Positions 9,279-18,159 of a stretch of 32,000 bases of DNA are shown here, piece after piece. Both the position numbers and the translations under genes were made by a program. Below the pieces are notes generated by a model. It was given only the letters and a program-made list of their open reading frames with translations. It ran no database searches and was not told the DNA's origin. Where the stretch lies: assembly GCA_965224465.1 (NCBI GenBank), contig OZ245049.1:5160001-5192000 (forward strand), written 5' to 3'. Every line of letters starts with the position of its first letter. The stretch's first letter is position 1. This DNA comes from Flavobacteriaceae bacterium (GTDB lineage: Bacteria > Bacteroidota > Bacteroidia > Flavobacteriales > Flavobacteriaceae).

Positions 9279-10415
9279 CTACTCCAGTTTTTTATAAAAC
9301 TGCATTGTATAATTAGGTAGCAAATCAGGATGACCAATTTTTATCAAATCTTTTAATACGTAATCGGGTCTTGTGGTTGCCAGTTCAAAATAGAGAAGTC
9401 CTCCAGTACTTCCTCTTGTATTTGCAGTTGTGTACACTTGTTGTTTTTTATAAGCATCAAACTCCTTGAAAATAGCATTGGCTTCACCAAGTAATTTCAT
9501 ACTGCTATAAAAACTTGGAGAGAGCCAAATATCGGTATGTTGTGCTTGGTCAAAGACTTTTTCTATATTCATAGACAAACTCCCTTGTCCTTTGGTGTTT
9601 TTAAATATATAATCTAAATTGGCATCTTTATAATACTGTGCCTCGTAGCTGTTTCCTGCGGGAATATTCCAAATGTCTTTGTAAGGACCTCCAGAAAAAA
9701 CTATTTTTTGATTGGTTTGATTATTTGCTAATTTTTTTGCCGCTAAATAATTCTGTTCAATATGGTTAAAAATACTGTCAGCTTCTTTTTCTTTATTCAA
9801 TAAAACACCAAAAAACTTGATCCATTCTGCTCTTGCAAGAGGACTGGATTCCAGCCAATCACCATTGTAAATAATTGGGATATTCATTTGTCGGATGGTG
9901 TTGTAATTTTTATGATTCCCATTCACAGAAAATGCAATGACCAATTGCGGATTTAAATCCAAAAGAACTTCAGTATTCAACTGTTGCTCGTTTCCTAAAT
10001 CTATTATTTTTTGAGCGTCTATAAGTTTTCTTGTTTTGGGAGAGGAGACATATTTAGTACTTGGAAATCCAACAATGTTTTCTTCTCCATTAAGTAGCTC
10101 TATCATGGGGATATGAGTGGTACTTGTCGGAACCATCCTTTTTAAGGGGAGTTGGATATAGTTGACTTTTTTTAATTGTGGAGGAACGGATTCTCCTTCT
10201 TTTATGATATAAAAATCTATGGGTGATGTAGCTCCTTGAAAAGGAGTTAAAATACGTAGTTTTGTGTAGTTATCAACCGTTGAAATCTGAAAGCCTTTTG
10301 CGTATTTAAGATACTTATCGGTATGTTTTATGTTTTTTTTCTCTTTATTTGTAGTACATGAAGCAAGTACTGAGATAATAAATAATGTATAGAGTAGTTT
10401 TTTAATTTCTTTCAT
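9279..10415 (-). CDS. Periplasmic-binding-protein type 2 (BtuF/FhuD-like) ABC substrate-binding lipoprotein, probably for corrinoid
   Basis: 378 aa with a lipoprotein signal (LFIISVLASC). The layout resembles cluster-A substrate-binding proteins of vitamin B12 / iron-siderophore ABC importers. It is the last gene on the same strand after cobU-cobT-cobS. Confidence 0.7.
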   Translation of the reverse strand: MKEIKKLLYTLFIISVLASCTTNKEKKNIKHTDKYLKYAKGFQISTVDNYTKLRILTPFQGATSPIDFYIIKEGESVPPQLKKVNYIQLPLKRMVPTSTTHIPMIELLNGEENIVGFPSTKYVSSPKTRKLIDAQKIIDLGNEQQLNTEVLLDLNPQLVIAFSVNGNHKNYNTIRQMNIPIIYNGDWLESSPLARAEWIKFFGVLLNKEKEADSIFNHIEQNYLAAKKLANNQTNQKIVFSGGPYKDIWNIPAGNSYEAQYYKDANLDYIFKNTKGQGSLSMNIEKVFDQAQHTDIWLSPSFYSSMKLLGEANAIFKEFDAYKKQQVYTTANTRGSTGGLLYFELATTRPDYVLKDLIKIGHPDLLPNYTMQFYKKLE

Positions 10416-10479
10416 TTTACATTTGTTAATATTATTATATTCAACTATTTTATGTGTCAGATTCTATAAATACCCTAGA

Positions 10480-11256
10480 TTAAAATGGCTCTAGGATGTG
10501 TATTTTATAACAAGCAAGCATGCTTAGATAGAAAACAATTTCTACAATTTGTTGCGTAGCACCAGCGCAATCTCCAGTGTGTCCTCCAATCCATTTATTA
10601 AAAAAACGCCCCATTAAATAGGTCGCAATTGCGCATGGGATAAGAACGATAAAGGCGAAAATATCTTGAAATAAAAGCAATGGACTGAGTCCGAAAAGGG
10701 CATTTAATACTAAGGATTTTAAGCGCATATTATCTGCGGATGGCTTTTCTTTTCCAGTGCCATCATCTCGTACATAAGGTAATTTATAAATTAATATAGT
10801 GGCAAAAAATCGACTGATAGCATGTCCAGAAATCATTAGAAAAAGAAAATCTATTCCTGTCGCTTTTTGAAGCCCAAGGAACTTTGTTGCGAGTAAAAAC
10901 AACAAACCAATAGTTCCATAAGTCCCTAATCGAGAATCCTTCATAATGGTGAGAATTCGCTCTTTAGTCCAGCCGCCTCCAAACCCATCTAACATATCTG
11001 CAAACCCATCTTCATGGAAGGCTCCAGTAATCCATATTGTAGCCATCATGCTAAATAAAACGGCTAAACTTTGATCAAATAAATAGCTTGTAGCGTAATA
11101 GACTCCTGCTCCAAACGCACCAATTAAAATGCCGACAAGAGAGAAGTAACGGGTGCTTTTGTTCAATAATTCTTTAGAATGATCTACCCATTTTGGGCAA
11201 GGGATTCGTGTAAAGAACATTATTGCTGTTAAAAATATATGGAATTCTTTTTTCAT
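10480..11256 (-). CDS. cobS: Adenosylcobinamide-GDP ribazoletransferase (cobalamin synthase)
   Basis: 258-aa polytopic membrane protein with FFTRIP near the N-terminus and HEDGFADMLDGFGGG, both CobS/CobV hallmarks. Confidence 0.9.
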   Translation of the reverse strand: MKKEFHIFLTAIMFFTRIPCPKWVDHSKELLNKSTRYFSLVGILIGAFGAGVYYATSYLFDQSLAVLFSMMATIWITGAFHEDGFADMLDGFGGGWTKERILTIMKDSRLGTYGTIGLLFLLATKFLGLQKATGIDFLFLMISGHAISRFFATILIYKLPYVRDDGTGKEKPSADNMRLKSLVLNALFGLSPLLLFQDIFAFIVLIPCAIATYLMGRFFNKWIGGHTGDCAGATQQIVEIVFYLSMLACYKIHILEPF

Positions 11257-11257
11257 A

Positions 11258-12298
11258 TTATTCTTTAGTACTTACACCTGCCTCTTCGAAACTGGCCATT
11301 TGATTTAAGAAATTTACAGATGCTTGTATAATAGGGAGGGCTAAGGCAGCTCCAGTTCCTTCTCCCAAACGCATGCCTAAATTTAGGATTGGTTTTGCCT
11401 TTAAAAAGTCCAGCATTTTTTCATGACCTTGCTCATTGGAAGAATGGGCGTACAAGCAGTAATCCAATATATTTTTGTTTATGGATTGAGCTACCAATAA
11501 GGCACTGGTTACGATAAAACCATCTACTAAAATAATCATTTTTCTAGAGGCAGCTTCTAGCATAGCCCCGCAGATCATTGCAATTTCAAATCCACCATAC
11601 GTAGCAAGTATAACTTCTGGACGGTCTAATTTTCCATGTAATTTCTGAACATTCTCTAAGGCGCTAATTTTTTTTAACATTCCTTCGTTGTTTTGTCCCG
11701 TACCTTTTCCAGCACAAACTGCTATAGGAATATCTAAAATACTACTCATAATTAAAGCAGCTGAAGAGGTATTGCTAATTCCCATTTCTCCAAAACAAAT
11801 TAGATTACTTCCTTTTTCTTGGATGATTTTTACAATGTCGCTTCCTTTTAAGAGTGCACTTTTTAATTGCGCTGAACTCATAGCTGGTACTTCGTTGTAA
11901 TTCTGAGTTCCTTTGGCAATTTTGGCGTTTATTAGTAGGTCGTTTTCTGGGAAATCAAAATTTACTCCTGCGTCTACTACTTTTAAATCCATGTTATTTT
12001 GAGCGCAAAAGGCATTGATGGCAGCACCTCCTTGAAGAAAATTGAGTACCATTTGAGCTGTAACTTCTTGTGGATATTGGCTCACCAAACCTGTTGTTGC
12101 AATGCCATGATCTCCTGCAAAAACACACATAGTTGGTTTTAGTATGCTTGGACTTAGGGTTTGTTGAATGCCTCCGATTTGGGCTGCTATCACTTCTAAA
12201 GTTCCGAGAGATCCTTGAGGTTTTGTTTTGAAATCAATTTTATGTTGTAATGCTTTTTGGATTTTTGTATCCACAGCGTTAATTGTATGTTGTATCAT
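11258..12298 (-). CDS. cobT: Nicotinate-nucleotide--dimethylbenzimidazole phosphoribosyltransferase
   Basis: 346 aa with KTKPQGSLGTLE, GDHG, GEMGISNTSSAA and GMRLGEGTGAALA, the conserved CobT blocks. It is 1 nt from both neighbours. Confidence 0.9.
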   Translation of the reverse strand: MIQHTINAVDTKIQKALQHKIDFKTKPQGSLGTLEVIAAQIGGIQQTLSPSILKPTMCVFAGDHGIATTGLVSQYPQEVTAQMVLNFLQGGAAINAFCAQNNMDLKVVDAGVNFDFPENDLLINAKIAKGTQNYNEVPAMSSAQLKSALLKGSDIVKIIQEKGSNLICFGEMGISNTSSAALIMSSILDIPIAVCAGKGTGQNNEGMLKKISALENVQKLHGKLDRPEVILATYGGFEIAMICGAMLEAASRKMIILVDGFIVTSALLVAQSINKNILDYCLYAHSSNEQGHEKMLDFLKAKPILNLGMRLGEGTGAALALPIIQASVNFLNQMASFEEAGVSTKE

Positions 12299-12299
12299 G

Positions 12300-12806
12300 T
12301 TATTCTTTTATTTTTAAAGGGATGCCAGAAACCATAAAGGTGGCAGTTTTTGCTTTTTTTGCGATGTATTGATTTACCCAACCTTGCAATTCGGTAAATT
12401 TCCTAGCCATGTGGTTTTGAGCGTGAACGCCCATGCCTATTTCATTTGAAATAATGTAAATGGTACTGTCAATAGCGTCTAACTTATCAATTTCATCCGT
12501 TGCAAACTGCAATGCTTTTTCAACATCGTTGTCAAAATCTAAGTACAAATTTGTAATCCATAAAGTAACACAATCCAATAAAACAATCTGATTTTTTGGA
12601 GTGGCTGCTGCCAAATGAACTTCGGCTTCTATATTTATCCATTGAGAACCACGTTGATCTTTATGTCTTTGAATTCGCGCTTTAAAGTCGTCATCCCAAC
12701 ATCGGGCAGTGGCTAAATACACAGGTGAATCAGAAAGTTTTTCAACCAAGTTTTGAGCATAGGAACTCTTGCCCGACCGTTCTCCTCCAGAAATATAATG
12801 TATCAT
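12300..12806 (-). CDS. cobU: Bifunctional adenosylcobinamide kinase / adenosylcobinamide-phosphate guanylyltransferase
   Basis: 168 aa with the P-loop GGERSGKS at the N-terminus and SNEIGMGV near the C-terminus. Size and motifs match CobU/CobP. Confidence 0.9.
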   Translation of the reverse strand: MIHYISGGERSGKSSYAQNLVEKLSDSPVYLATARCWDDDFKARIQRHKDQRGSQWINIEAEVHLAAATPKNQIVLLDCVTLWITNLYLDFDNDVEKALQFATDEIDKLDAIDSTIYIISNEIGMGVHAQNHMARKFTELQGWVNQYIAKKAKTATFMVSGIPLKIKE

Positions 12807-12894
12807 TATTTTAGGTCTTTTTATTGAACTACAAAGATTGCATGTTTTTTTTTAAGATAGAAGGATTTTAATCATCTTTTAATTTTTTATAAAG

Positions 12895-12902
12895 TATCTT
12901 TG
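12895..12902 (+). promoter_or_regulatory. -7 promoter box (TAtcTTTG) driving the riboswitch-btuB transcript
   Basis: tatctttg ends about 5 nt before the 5' arm of riboswitch helix P1. Confidence 0.45.
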
Positions 12903-12906
12903 CTAA

Positions 12907-13090
12907 GTATTTGGTTTCAATACTGATAAATATTCAGTAGAAATAAATAGGGAATTCGGTTAAAAACCGAAGCTGTGCCCGCAACTGTATGCTTAGCCAT
13001 TAAGGCGAGTTTTTGTTAATAAACCACTGTTCTTCAGTTTGGAATGGGAAGGGGGTAAAAACTACGCAAGCCAGGAGACCTACCAAATAC
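12907..13090 (+). promoter_or_regulatory. Cobalamin (B12) riboswitch
   Basis: A closing helix forms between gtatttggt (12907-12915) and accaaatac (13082-13090). The conserved core is aatagggaattcggttaaaaaccgaagctgtgcccgcaactgta. There is a ccactg element, and a B12 box agccaggagacctacc at about 13069-13084. It lies directly upstream of a TonB-dependent receptor. Confidence 0.88.
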
Positions 13091-13128
13091 ATAACATTTT
13101 TTTGACTTTCGGGAAGAAAGGTTTAGGT

Positions 13129-14994
13129 ATGAATAAATTTATAAGTATTGTATTTTTAATTTTTAGTTTGAGTACGTTGTTTGCCCAAAATAAAGAGGTG
13201 GAGTTATTAGAAGAAGTATTGCTTCCTTCTAGTAAATTAAGAACCTATTCTGTAGGATTTAACATCACTACATTTAATGATTCGATTTTACAGTCAAATC
13301 ATCAAAGTTTGAGTGCTTTATTACAAACATCGTCTTCTATCTATTTTAAAAGTTATGGAGTAGCCATGCTGTCTTCCCCTTCCTTTAGAGGGACTGGAGC
13401 GAGCCATACAGCAGTTTTTTGGAATGGAATTCCAGTAAATTCTACATTAAATGGACAGACGGATTTTAATATGATAAATTCTGTATCTATTGATGAAATG
13501 AGTGTAAGAGCGGGTGGAGGTAGTATTTTGTTTGGAAGTGGAGCTATTGGAGGAAGTATACATTTAAAAAATAATATGAATTTTGATTCTAAAACAAGCC
13601 ATCATTTATTGAGCTCTTTTGGTAGTTTTAATACGTATAAACTAAATTATCGTTTTAGAACCAGTTCAAAAAAGTACTATACGCAAGTGGGCTTTGGTCG
13701 AATATCTTCCAAGAACGATTACCAATACTGGGATACCGATGTTTATAATAATAATGGTGATTTTTTTAATACTAATTTGAATGCTGTTTTTGGATTTAAA
13801 TGTAGTGATGCGCATATACTAAGCTTATATGTGGATGGGACTATTTCTGAGAGAGGTTTGTCTAACACGTTGACAGCGCCTTCTAATTCCAAGCAAGATG
13901 ATGAAAATTACAAATTATTATTGGAATGGAAATATACAAAGAAACGATTATCATCGGTATTAAAGATGGCTTATTTATATGATCAATTTATCTATTATGC
14001 CAAGCGTACTTCTCCTCTTTTATTTTCAAAAGGAGCCTCAAAAAACAGCTTGTTAAAGTATCAAATAAATTATAAATTAAGTCAGCGATTAAAAATACTA
14101 TCGGGAATAGACCTCAGTTATAATCAAGGGGATGGGGATAGTTTAAATGATGTGACAAGAACCAGTTATGCCTTGTATTCAATGCTTAATCACAGGGTTT
14201 CTCATCGCTTTCAATACGATTTTTCCTTTCGTAAAGAGTTTTCAAATACATTTGAGGTTCCTGTCTTAGTAGGATTAGATGCTGCATATAAAAGAGGTGA
14301 TTTTGTGTATAAAATGAATGCTTCTACAAATTTTCGTATTCCTACGTTTAACGATTTGTATTGGGCTACATTAGGAAATCCAGATTTAAAACCAGAAGCA
14401 TCTCGTCAGGGAGAATTGGGTGCAACGTTTCAGAAAAGAGGTATTGAGGCTACGTTGAATGCATTTTATATTGCGTCTAAAGATTTGATTAAATGGTCTC
14501 CTAATACGGCTTTAGATATTCAAAATGGTGCTGGAGGTGGTGTCGGAGCATGGACTCCAAAAAACATTTCTAGAGCCGAGAATTATGGTTTAGAACTAGG
14601 ATTAAAAGTGCCTCTAAATATTTATGGGTTTAAACTTACTTCACAAGTAAATTACAGTTATACCATAGCCCAAGATAAGGAAACAAACATGCAGTTGTTA
14701 TATGTCCCAAAGCATAAGTTAAATTATAATTTATCGGCAGATATAAATAAAGTTTCTATGTATTATCATTTGTTATATCATGGCAAAAGCTTTACTACAA
14801 CAGATAACTCTTATTTTGTGAGTTCTTATTTATTACATAATATAGGTGTTAATTATACCTTGAATATTTTTAAGAAAGTCCAACCCGTTTTAGGAGTACA
14901 GGTAAACAATATTTTAAATAAAAAATATGCAGTAATTAGTTACCGTCCAATGCCGGGCATTAATTATCAATTTCAAATACAAATTAAAATTTAA
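13129..14994 (+). CDS. btuB: TonB-dependent outer-membrane receptor, BtuB-like (corrinoid uptake)
   Basis: The track ORF starts at TTG 13039 inside the riboswitch. The in-frame ATG at 13129 gives a clean signal peptide, MNKFISIVFLIFSLSTLFAQ. It has a plug region (LEEVLL..., FRGTGASHTAVFWNGIPVN), a beta-barrel with a terminal aromatic residue, and riboswitch control. Confidence 0.85.
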   Translation: MNKFISIVFLIFSLSTLFAQNKEVELLEEVLLPSSKLRTYSVGFNITTFNDSILQSNHQSLSALLQTSSSIYFKSYGVAMLSSPSFRGTGASHTAVFWNGIPVNSTLNGQTDFNMINSVSIDEMSVRAGGGSILFGSGAIGGSIHLKNNMNFDSKTSHHLLSSFGSFNTYKLNYRFRTSSKKYYTQVGFGRISSKNDYQYWDTDVYNNNGDFFNTNLNAVFGFKCSDAHILSLYVDGTISERGLSNTLTAPSNSKQDDENYKLLLEWKYTKKRLSSVLKMAYLYDQFIYYAKRTSPLLFSKGASKNSLLKYQINYKLSQRLKILSGIDLSYNQGDGDSLNDVTRTSYALYSMLNHRVSHRFQYDFSFRKEFSNTFEVPVLVGLDAAYKRGDFVYKMNASTNFRIPTFNDLYWATLGNPDLKPEASRQGELGATFQKRGIEATLNAFYIASKDLIKWSPNTALDIQNGAGGGVGAWTPKNISRAENYGLELGLKVPLNIYGFKLTSQVNYSYTIAQDKETNMQLLYVPKHKLNYNLSADINKVSMYYHLLYHGKSFTTTDNSYFVSSYLLHNIGVNYTLNIFKKVQPVLGVQVNNILNKKYAVISYRPMPGINYQFQIQIKI

Positions 14995-14998
14995 TATC

Positions 14999-16066
14999 AT
15001 GAACTTTAAAAAAATCGCATTATCAGTTGTCGCGGCAACATTATTATTAGTCTCTTGTAATATAGACAACGATGAACCTGTTTATAAACCTAAGGGGAAT
15101 TACGACAAAGGAATATTTGTGGTGAACGAAGGGCCGTTTGAAAATGGGTCTGGAACAGTAACCTATGTTTCTAATGATCTAAAAAAATCTGTAGATGGTA
15201 TTTACAAAAGTAAAAACGGTGATGATTTAGGGAATATTTTTCAATCTATGCTCTTGTCTGGGGATCAAGCTTTTTTGGTGGTAAATAATTCACATAAAAT
15301 AGAAGTTGTGAATAGGTTTACGTTTCTTCATAAAGGTACGATAGATAAAAACCTTGTAAACCCACGATATGCAGTGGTGGTAAAAGGAAACTTATATGTG
15401 TCTAACTGGGGAGATGCAGTCAATATAACTGACGATTTTATAGCTGTTTTTGATGCCAATACATTGGCTTTTAAAGAGTCAATTCCTGTTGTTTTAGGTC
15501 CTGAAAAATTGCAAGTGATTGGAACTAAAATTTATGTTGCTCATAAAGGAGCTTATGGTTTTAACAATAAAATTTCTGTTATAAATACCACTACAAAGAC
15601 GGTGGAAAAGATTATTGAAGTGGGTGATGTTCCAAACTCTATGGGTGTAGATAGTGCTCGAAATTTATGGGTGCTTTGTGGAGGTATTGATTCTTGGAAG
15701 GATCCTTCTATAAATACTTTTGGATCATTGCATAGAATTAGTTCAATTTCTGACGAAATAGAAAAAACGTTTAAATTTGTGGATTCTCATCCAAATCATT
15801 TAACTATAGATGGTAAAAATGTTTTGTATGCTGATGGGACAAGTGTTTATGGAATGGGGAATGGTGCTGTTGAATTGCCAAGTAAAAGTATTTTAGATGG
15901 ACTTTCTGTATATGGTTTAAGAGCAGCTGGTGGATTTTTATTTGTGACAGATGCTAAGGATTATAAGAGTAAAGGTGCTTTAACAGTCTATAAGTATTTG
16001 ACGAAAGAAAAAATTGCGACGCTTGCTACAGGGATTTCTCCAAATGGAGTTTATTTTAATAATTAA
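14999..16066 (+). CDS. Surface lipoprotein, predicted beta-propeller, BtuG-like corrinoid-capture protein candidate
   Basis: 355 aa with a lipoprotein signal (LLLVSCNIDND) and repetitive beta-strand-rich blades (VVNRF.., YVSNWGD.., YVAHKG.., WVLCGG.., LFVTDAK..). It starts 4 nt after btuB. In Bacteroidota, BtuB genes are commonly followed by the BtuG propeller lipoprotein. Confidence 0.5.
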   Translation: MNFKKIALSVVAATLLLVSCNIDNDEPVYKPKGNYDKGIFVVNEGPFENGSGTVTYVSNDLKKSVDGIYKSKNGDDLGNIFQSMLLSGDQAFLVVNNSHKIEVVNRFTFLHKGTIDKNLVNPRYAVVVKGNLYVSNWGDAVNITDDFIAVFDANTLAFKESIPVVLGPEKLQVIGTKIYVAHKGAYGFNNKISVINTTTKTVEKIIEVGDVPNSMGVDSARNLWVLCGGIDSWKDPSINTFGSLHRISSISDEIEKTFKFVDSHPNHLTIDGKNVLYADGTSVYGMGNGAVELPSKSILDGLSVYGLRAAGGFLFVTDAKDYKSKGALTVYKYLTKEKIATLATGISPNGVYFNN

Positions 16067-16094
16067 AACGCCTTTTTTTACTACAACACTTAAA

Positions 16095-16125
16095 AGCCAA
16101 GATGTACTATTCTTGGCTTTTTTTA
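16095..16125. terminator. Hairpin terminator, A-run / stem / T-run, possibly bidirectional
   Basis: agccaaga (16095-16102) and tcttggct (16111-16118) form the stem. It is followed by ttttttt and preceded by aaa, and sits between convergent genes. Confidence 0.6.
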
Positions 16126-16490
16126 TGTTGTATTTAATATTTCTAAGCTTTTTTTTATCATCGAAAAGTACTTGTTCTCACATGATAGCCATAGTAATGC
16201 TGTATCTATATCTGTAAAGACTTTTCTGCTCTGTGAATGTTTTCCTAGGTTAGATTTTATTAGAAATGATTTTGCAACTTCTACGGGGATAGTAGAAATT
16301 ATAGCTGTTTTTTCCGCCTGATCACCTGGGTAATTTGAAATAAGAAAATCGGCGTATAATTTTGATTCAACAGGACTGAATCCAAGAGTGGAACTTCTCA
16401 TATCTATGATGTTATTATAGGTCGAATTAAATAATTCATCCGCATAAATTCGTTTTTTAAATGCGATGGTCTTTTTGAAACTTAAATTCA
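16123..16490 (-). pseudogene. 3' fragment of the IS-disrupted tandem-domain gene
   Basis: The 122-aa ORF only has a TTG start, directly preceded by an in-frame TAG next to the IS end. Its sequence continues the second copy of the domain begun in the 17590-18159 fragment. Confidence 0.55.
16480..16490. repeat. Left copy of the 11-bp flanking direct repeat (acttaaattca)
   Basis: Matches acttgaattca at 17593-17603 in 10 of 11 positions. Both copies sit in the same codon phase of the interrupted minus-strand gene. Confidence 0.55.
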
Positions 16491-16496
16491 ACTAAT

Positions 16497-17589
16497 AAAC
16501 GCAACTTTTCGATTTGATTCTATGATGGTTATATTTTCAAAACAGAAAAGTAGGAAAACCTACCTTTCTTGTCTTGATGGATATGTATCTTACGGTCTCA
16601 AATCTCGAAAAAAGAAGTTGTATGAAACACATCACCCAAGCGCAAAGATACACAATTTGTTGCATGTTAAAACAAGGTTATAAACAGGTTGAGATAGCAG
16701 CTGCTATAGGAAAAGACAAGTCTGTTATTAGCAAAGAGATTAAGCGTAATTCAGACAAAAGAAATGGAGTTTACAAGCATGAATTAGCCCAAAAAAAGTA
16801 TGCTAAACGTCATAAAGAAAAGCCTAAAAGAAAACGCTTTACAGAAGATATTCAACAAGCAATAGAGTTGTTATTGCGAGACGATTATAGTCCTGAGCAA
16901 GTAGTTGGTGTCCTAAAAAAACAAGGTAAAGAAACGGTGTCTATTGAGCGTATATATCAGCATATTAGGGAAGACAAGAGGAATGATGGTGATTTACATA
17001 CACACCTTCGCAGACAGGGAAGGAGATATAGAAAACGTGGCTCATCAAAGGATTCTAGAGGGGTTATAAAGAATCGTATTAGTATAGAACAACGCCCTGA
17101 AGTTGTTGAACAAAGAAATCGATTTGGAGATTTAGAGGTCGATTTAATCATAGGTAAAAACCATAATCAAGCCATACTTACCGTAAATGATAGAGCTTCT
17201 GGAATGCTTAAAATGAAAAAAGTAAGCTCTAAAGAAGCAGTTGTTGTCACTAAAGCTATCAATGAAATATTAGAAGACTGGAAGCCTTATCTACATACTA
17301 TAACAGCTGATAATGGAAAAGAATTTGCAGGCCATGAGCAGGTTGCAGAAAATTTATGTATTGATTACTTTTTTGCGCATCCATATCACTCTTGGGAAAG
17401 AGGATCTAACGAAAATTTAAATGGTTTGATTAGACAATATTTTGCCAAAGGAAGTGACTTTACAAACCTAACAGATCAAAGAATCAAAGAGGTAGAAACA
17501 AAATTAAATAACAGACCTAGGAAGAGACATAAATATCAAAACCCTATATTTGTAATGGAACAATTATTATTTAACTAAAAGTTGCGTTT
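16497..17589 (+). mobile_element. IS30-family insertion sequence
   Basis: Perfect 13-bp terminal inverted repeats: aaacgcaactttt (16497-16509) and aaaagttgcgttt (17577-17589). They enclose a single DDE transposase gene, and the transposase stop codon lies in the right IR. If the 11-bp direct repeats mark the true junctions, the element is 16491-17592. Confidence 0.85.
16622..17578 (+). CDS. IS30-family DDE transposase
   Basis: N-terminal HTH (MKHITQAQRYTICCMLKQGYKQVEIAAAIGKDKSVISKEIKRN) plus a catalytic triad in IS30 context: DLEVDLIIG, ITADNGKEF, HPYHSWERGSNENLNGLIRQYF. The track start at TTG 16574 is probably too far upstream; ATG 16622 fits the family N-terminus. Confidence 0.9.
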   Translation: MKHITQAQRYTICCMLKQGYKQVEIAAAIGKDKSVISKEIKRNSDKRNGVYKHELAQKKYAKRHKEKPKRKRFTEDIQQAIELLLRDDYSPEQVVGVLKKQGKETVSIERIYQHIREDKRNDGDLHTHLRRQGRRYRKRGSSKDSRGVIKNRISIEQRPEVVEQRNRFGDLEVDLIIGKNHNQAILTVNDRASGMLKMKKVSSKEAVVVTKAINEILEDWKPYLHTITADNGKEFAGHEQVAENLCIDYFFAHPYHSWERGSNENLNGLIRQYFAKGSDFTNLTDQRIKEVETKLNNRPRKRHKYQNPIFVMEQLLFN

Positions 17590-18159
17590 GTGACTTGAAT
17601 TCAGCAAATCTACATGGTTGATATGACATTGTACGATTAGTTTTGCCTTGGGTATTATTTTATGACGGTAATAACCATTGTGATCTGTTCTGTTAATGAA
17701 GGAGTTACTCCTTGGTGTATTCTTACAGTTAGCTGTTTCTTTTAGTTGAGTAAAAGCCTTATGGATAGTTTTAAAATCATTTCTTGAGTATTTAAAAAAT
17801 GACACCGCGGTTTTTAACTGACTTAAAAATTGGTAGTTGATATTTTTTAGACCGCCTGTATTTTGATAGATAAGAGAAGCATTTACTACTTGGTTTGGAG
17901 TGAGGGTGAGTAAGGCTGTTCGTATTTGAATTCCGTTCTCTATCAGGTCTTTTATATAATGAGAAAAGAGGGTGCGGTCACTGTTTGAGAAGTTGTAATT
18001 TGCCATTGTTACATCCACTATAAAATTATAATCAGCATTAAAATCTGGGTCGTTTAACACCGTGTTTTTAGCAGTAATCATTTCTTTAAGAGTGATTTCC
18101 TTTGTTAAAAGTTGTAATACTAATTTTAAGGATGGTATGATTGTATAAGTATGATGCAT
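17590..18159 (-). pseudogene. 5' fragment of the IS-disrupted tandem-domain gene
   Basis: The ORF reads ...HVDLLNSSH and then runs into the IS right end, giving KRNF-stop encoded by the IR. The likely start is ATG 18159 (MHHTYTIIPS...). It contains one complete domain of about 145 aa plus the first ~45 aa of a second copy. Confidence 0.55.
17593..17603. repeat. Right copy of the 11-bp flanking direct repeat (acttgaattca)
   Basis: See the left copy at 16480-16490. Confidence 0.55.

Noticed and set aside
13039-13128. TTG-initiated 30-codon N-terminal extension of the TonB-dependent receptor (MEWEGGKNYASQETYQ...)
   Set aside because: The extension overlaps the 3' half of the cobalamin riboswitch, including the B12 box. 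The ATG at 13129 gives a canonical signal peptide.
16014-16217. 67-aa plus-strand ORF overlapping the end of the BtuG-like gene and the terminator
   Set aside because: It runs through a terminator hairpin and an intergenic T-rich tract. It has a hydrophobic junk composition and no promoter.
16574-16621. TTG start giving a 16-aa extension on the IS30 transposase
   Set aside because: IS30-family transposases begin with the HTH at M-K/x-H-L/I-T. ATG 16622 reproduces that, so the extension is probably untranslated IS leader.
16494-17592. Classical 2-3 bp target-site duplication directly abutting the 13-bp IRs
   Set aside because: The flanking bases are aat on the left and gtg on the right, which is not a duplication. 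The only flanking repeat is the offset 11-mer reported as a finding.
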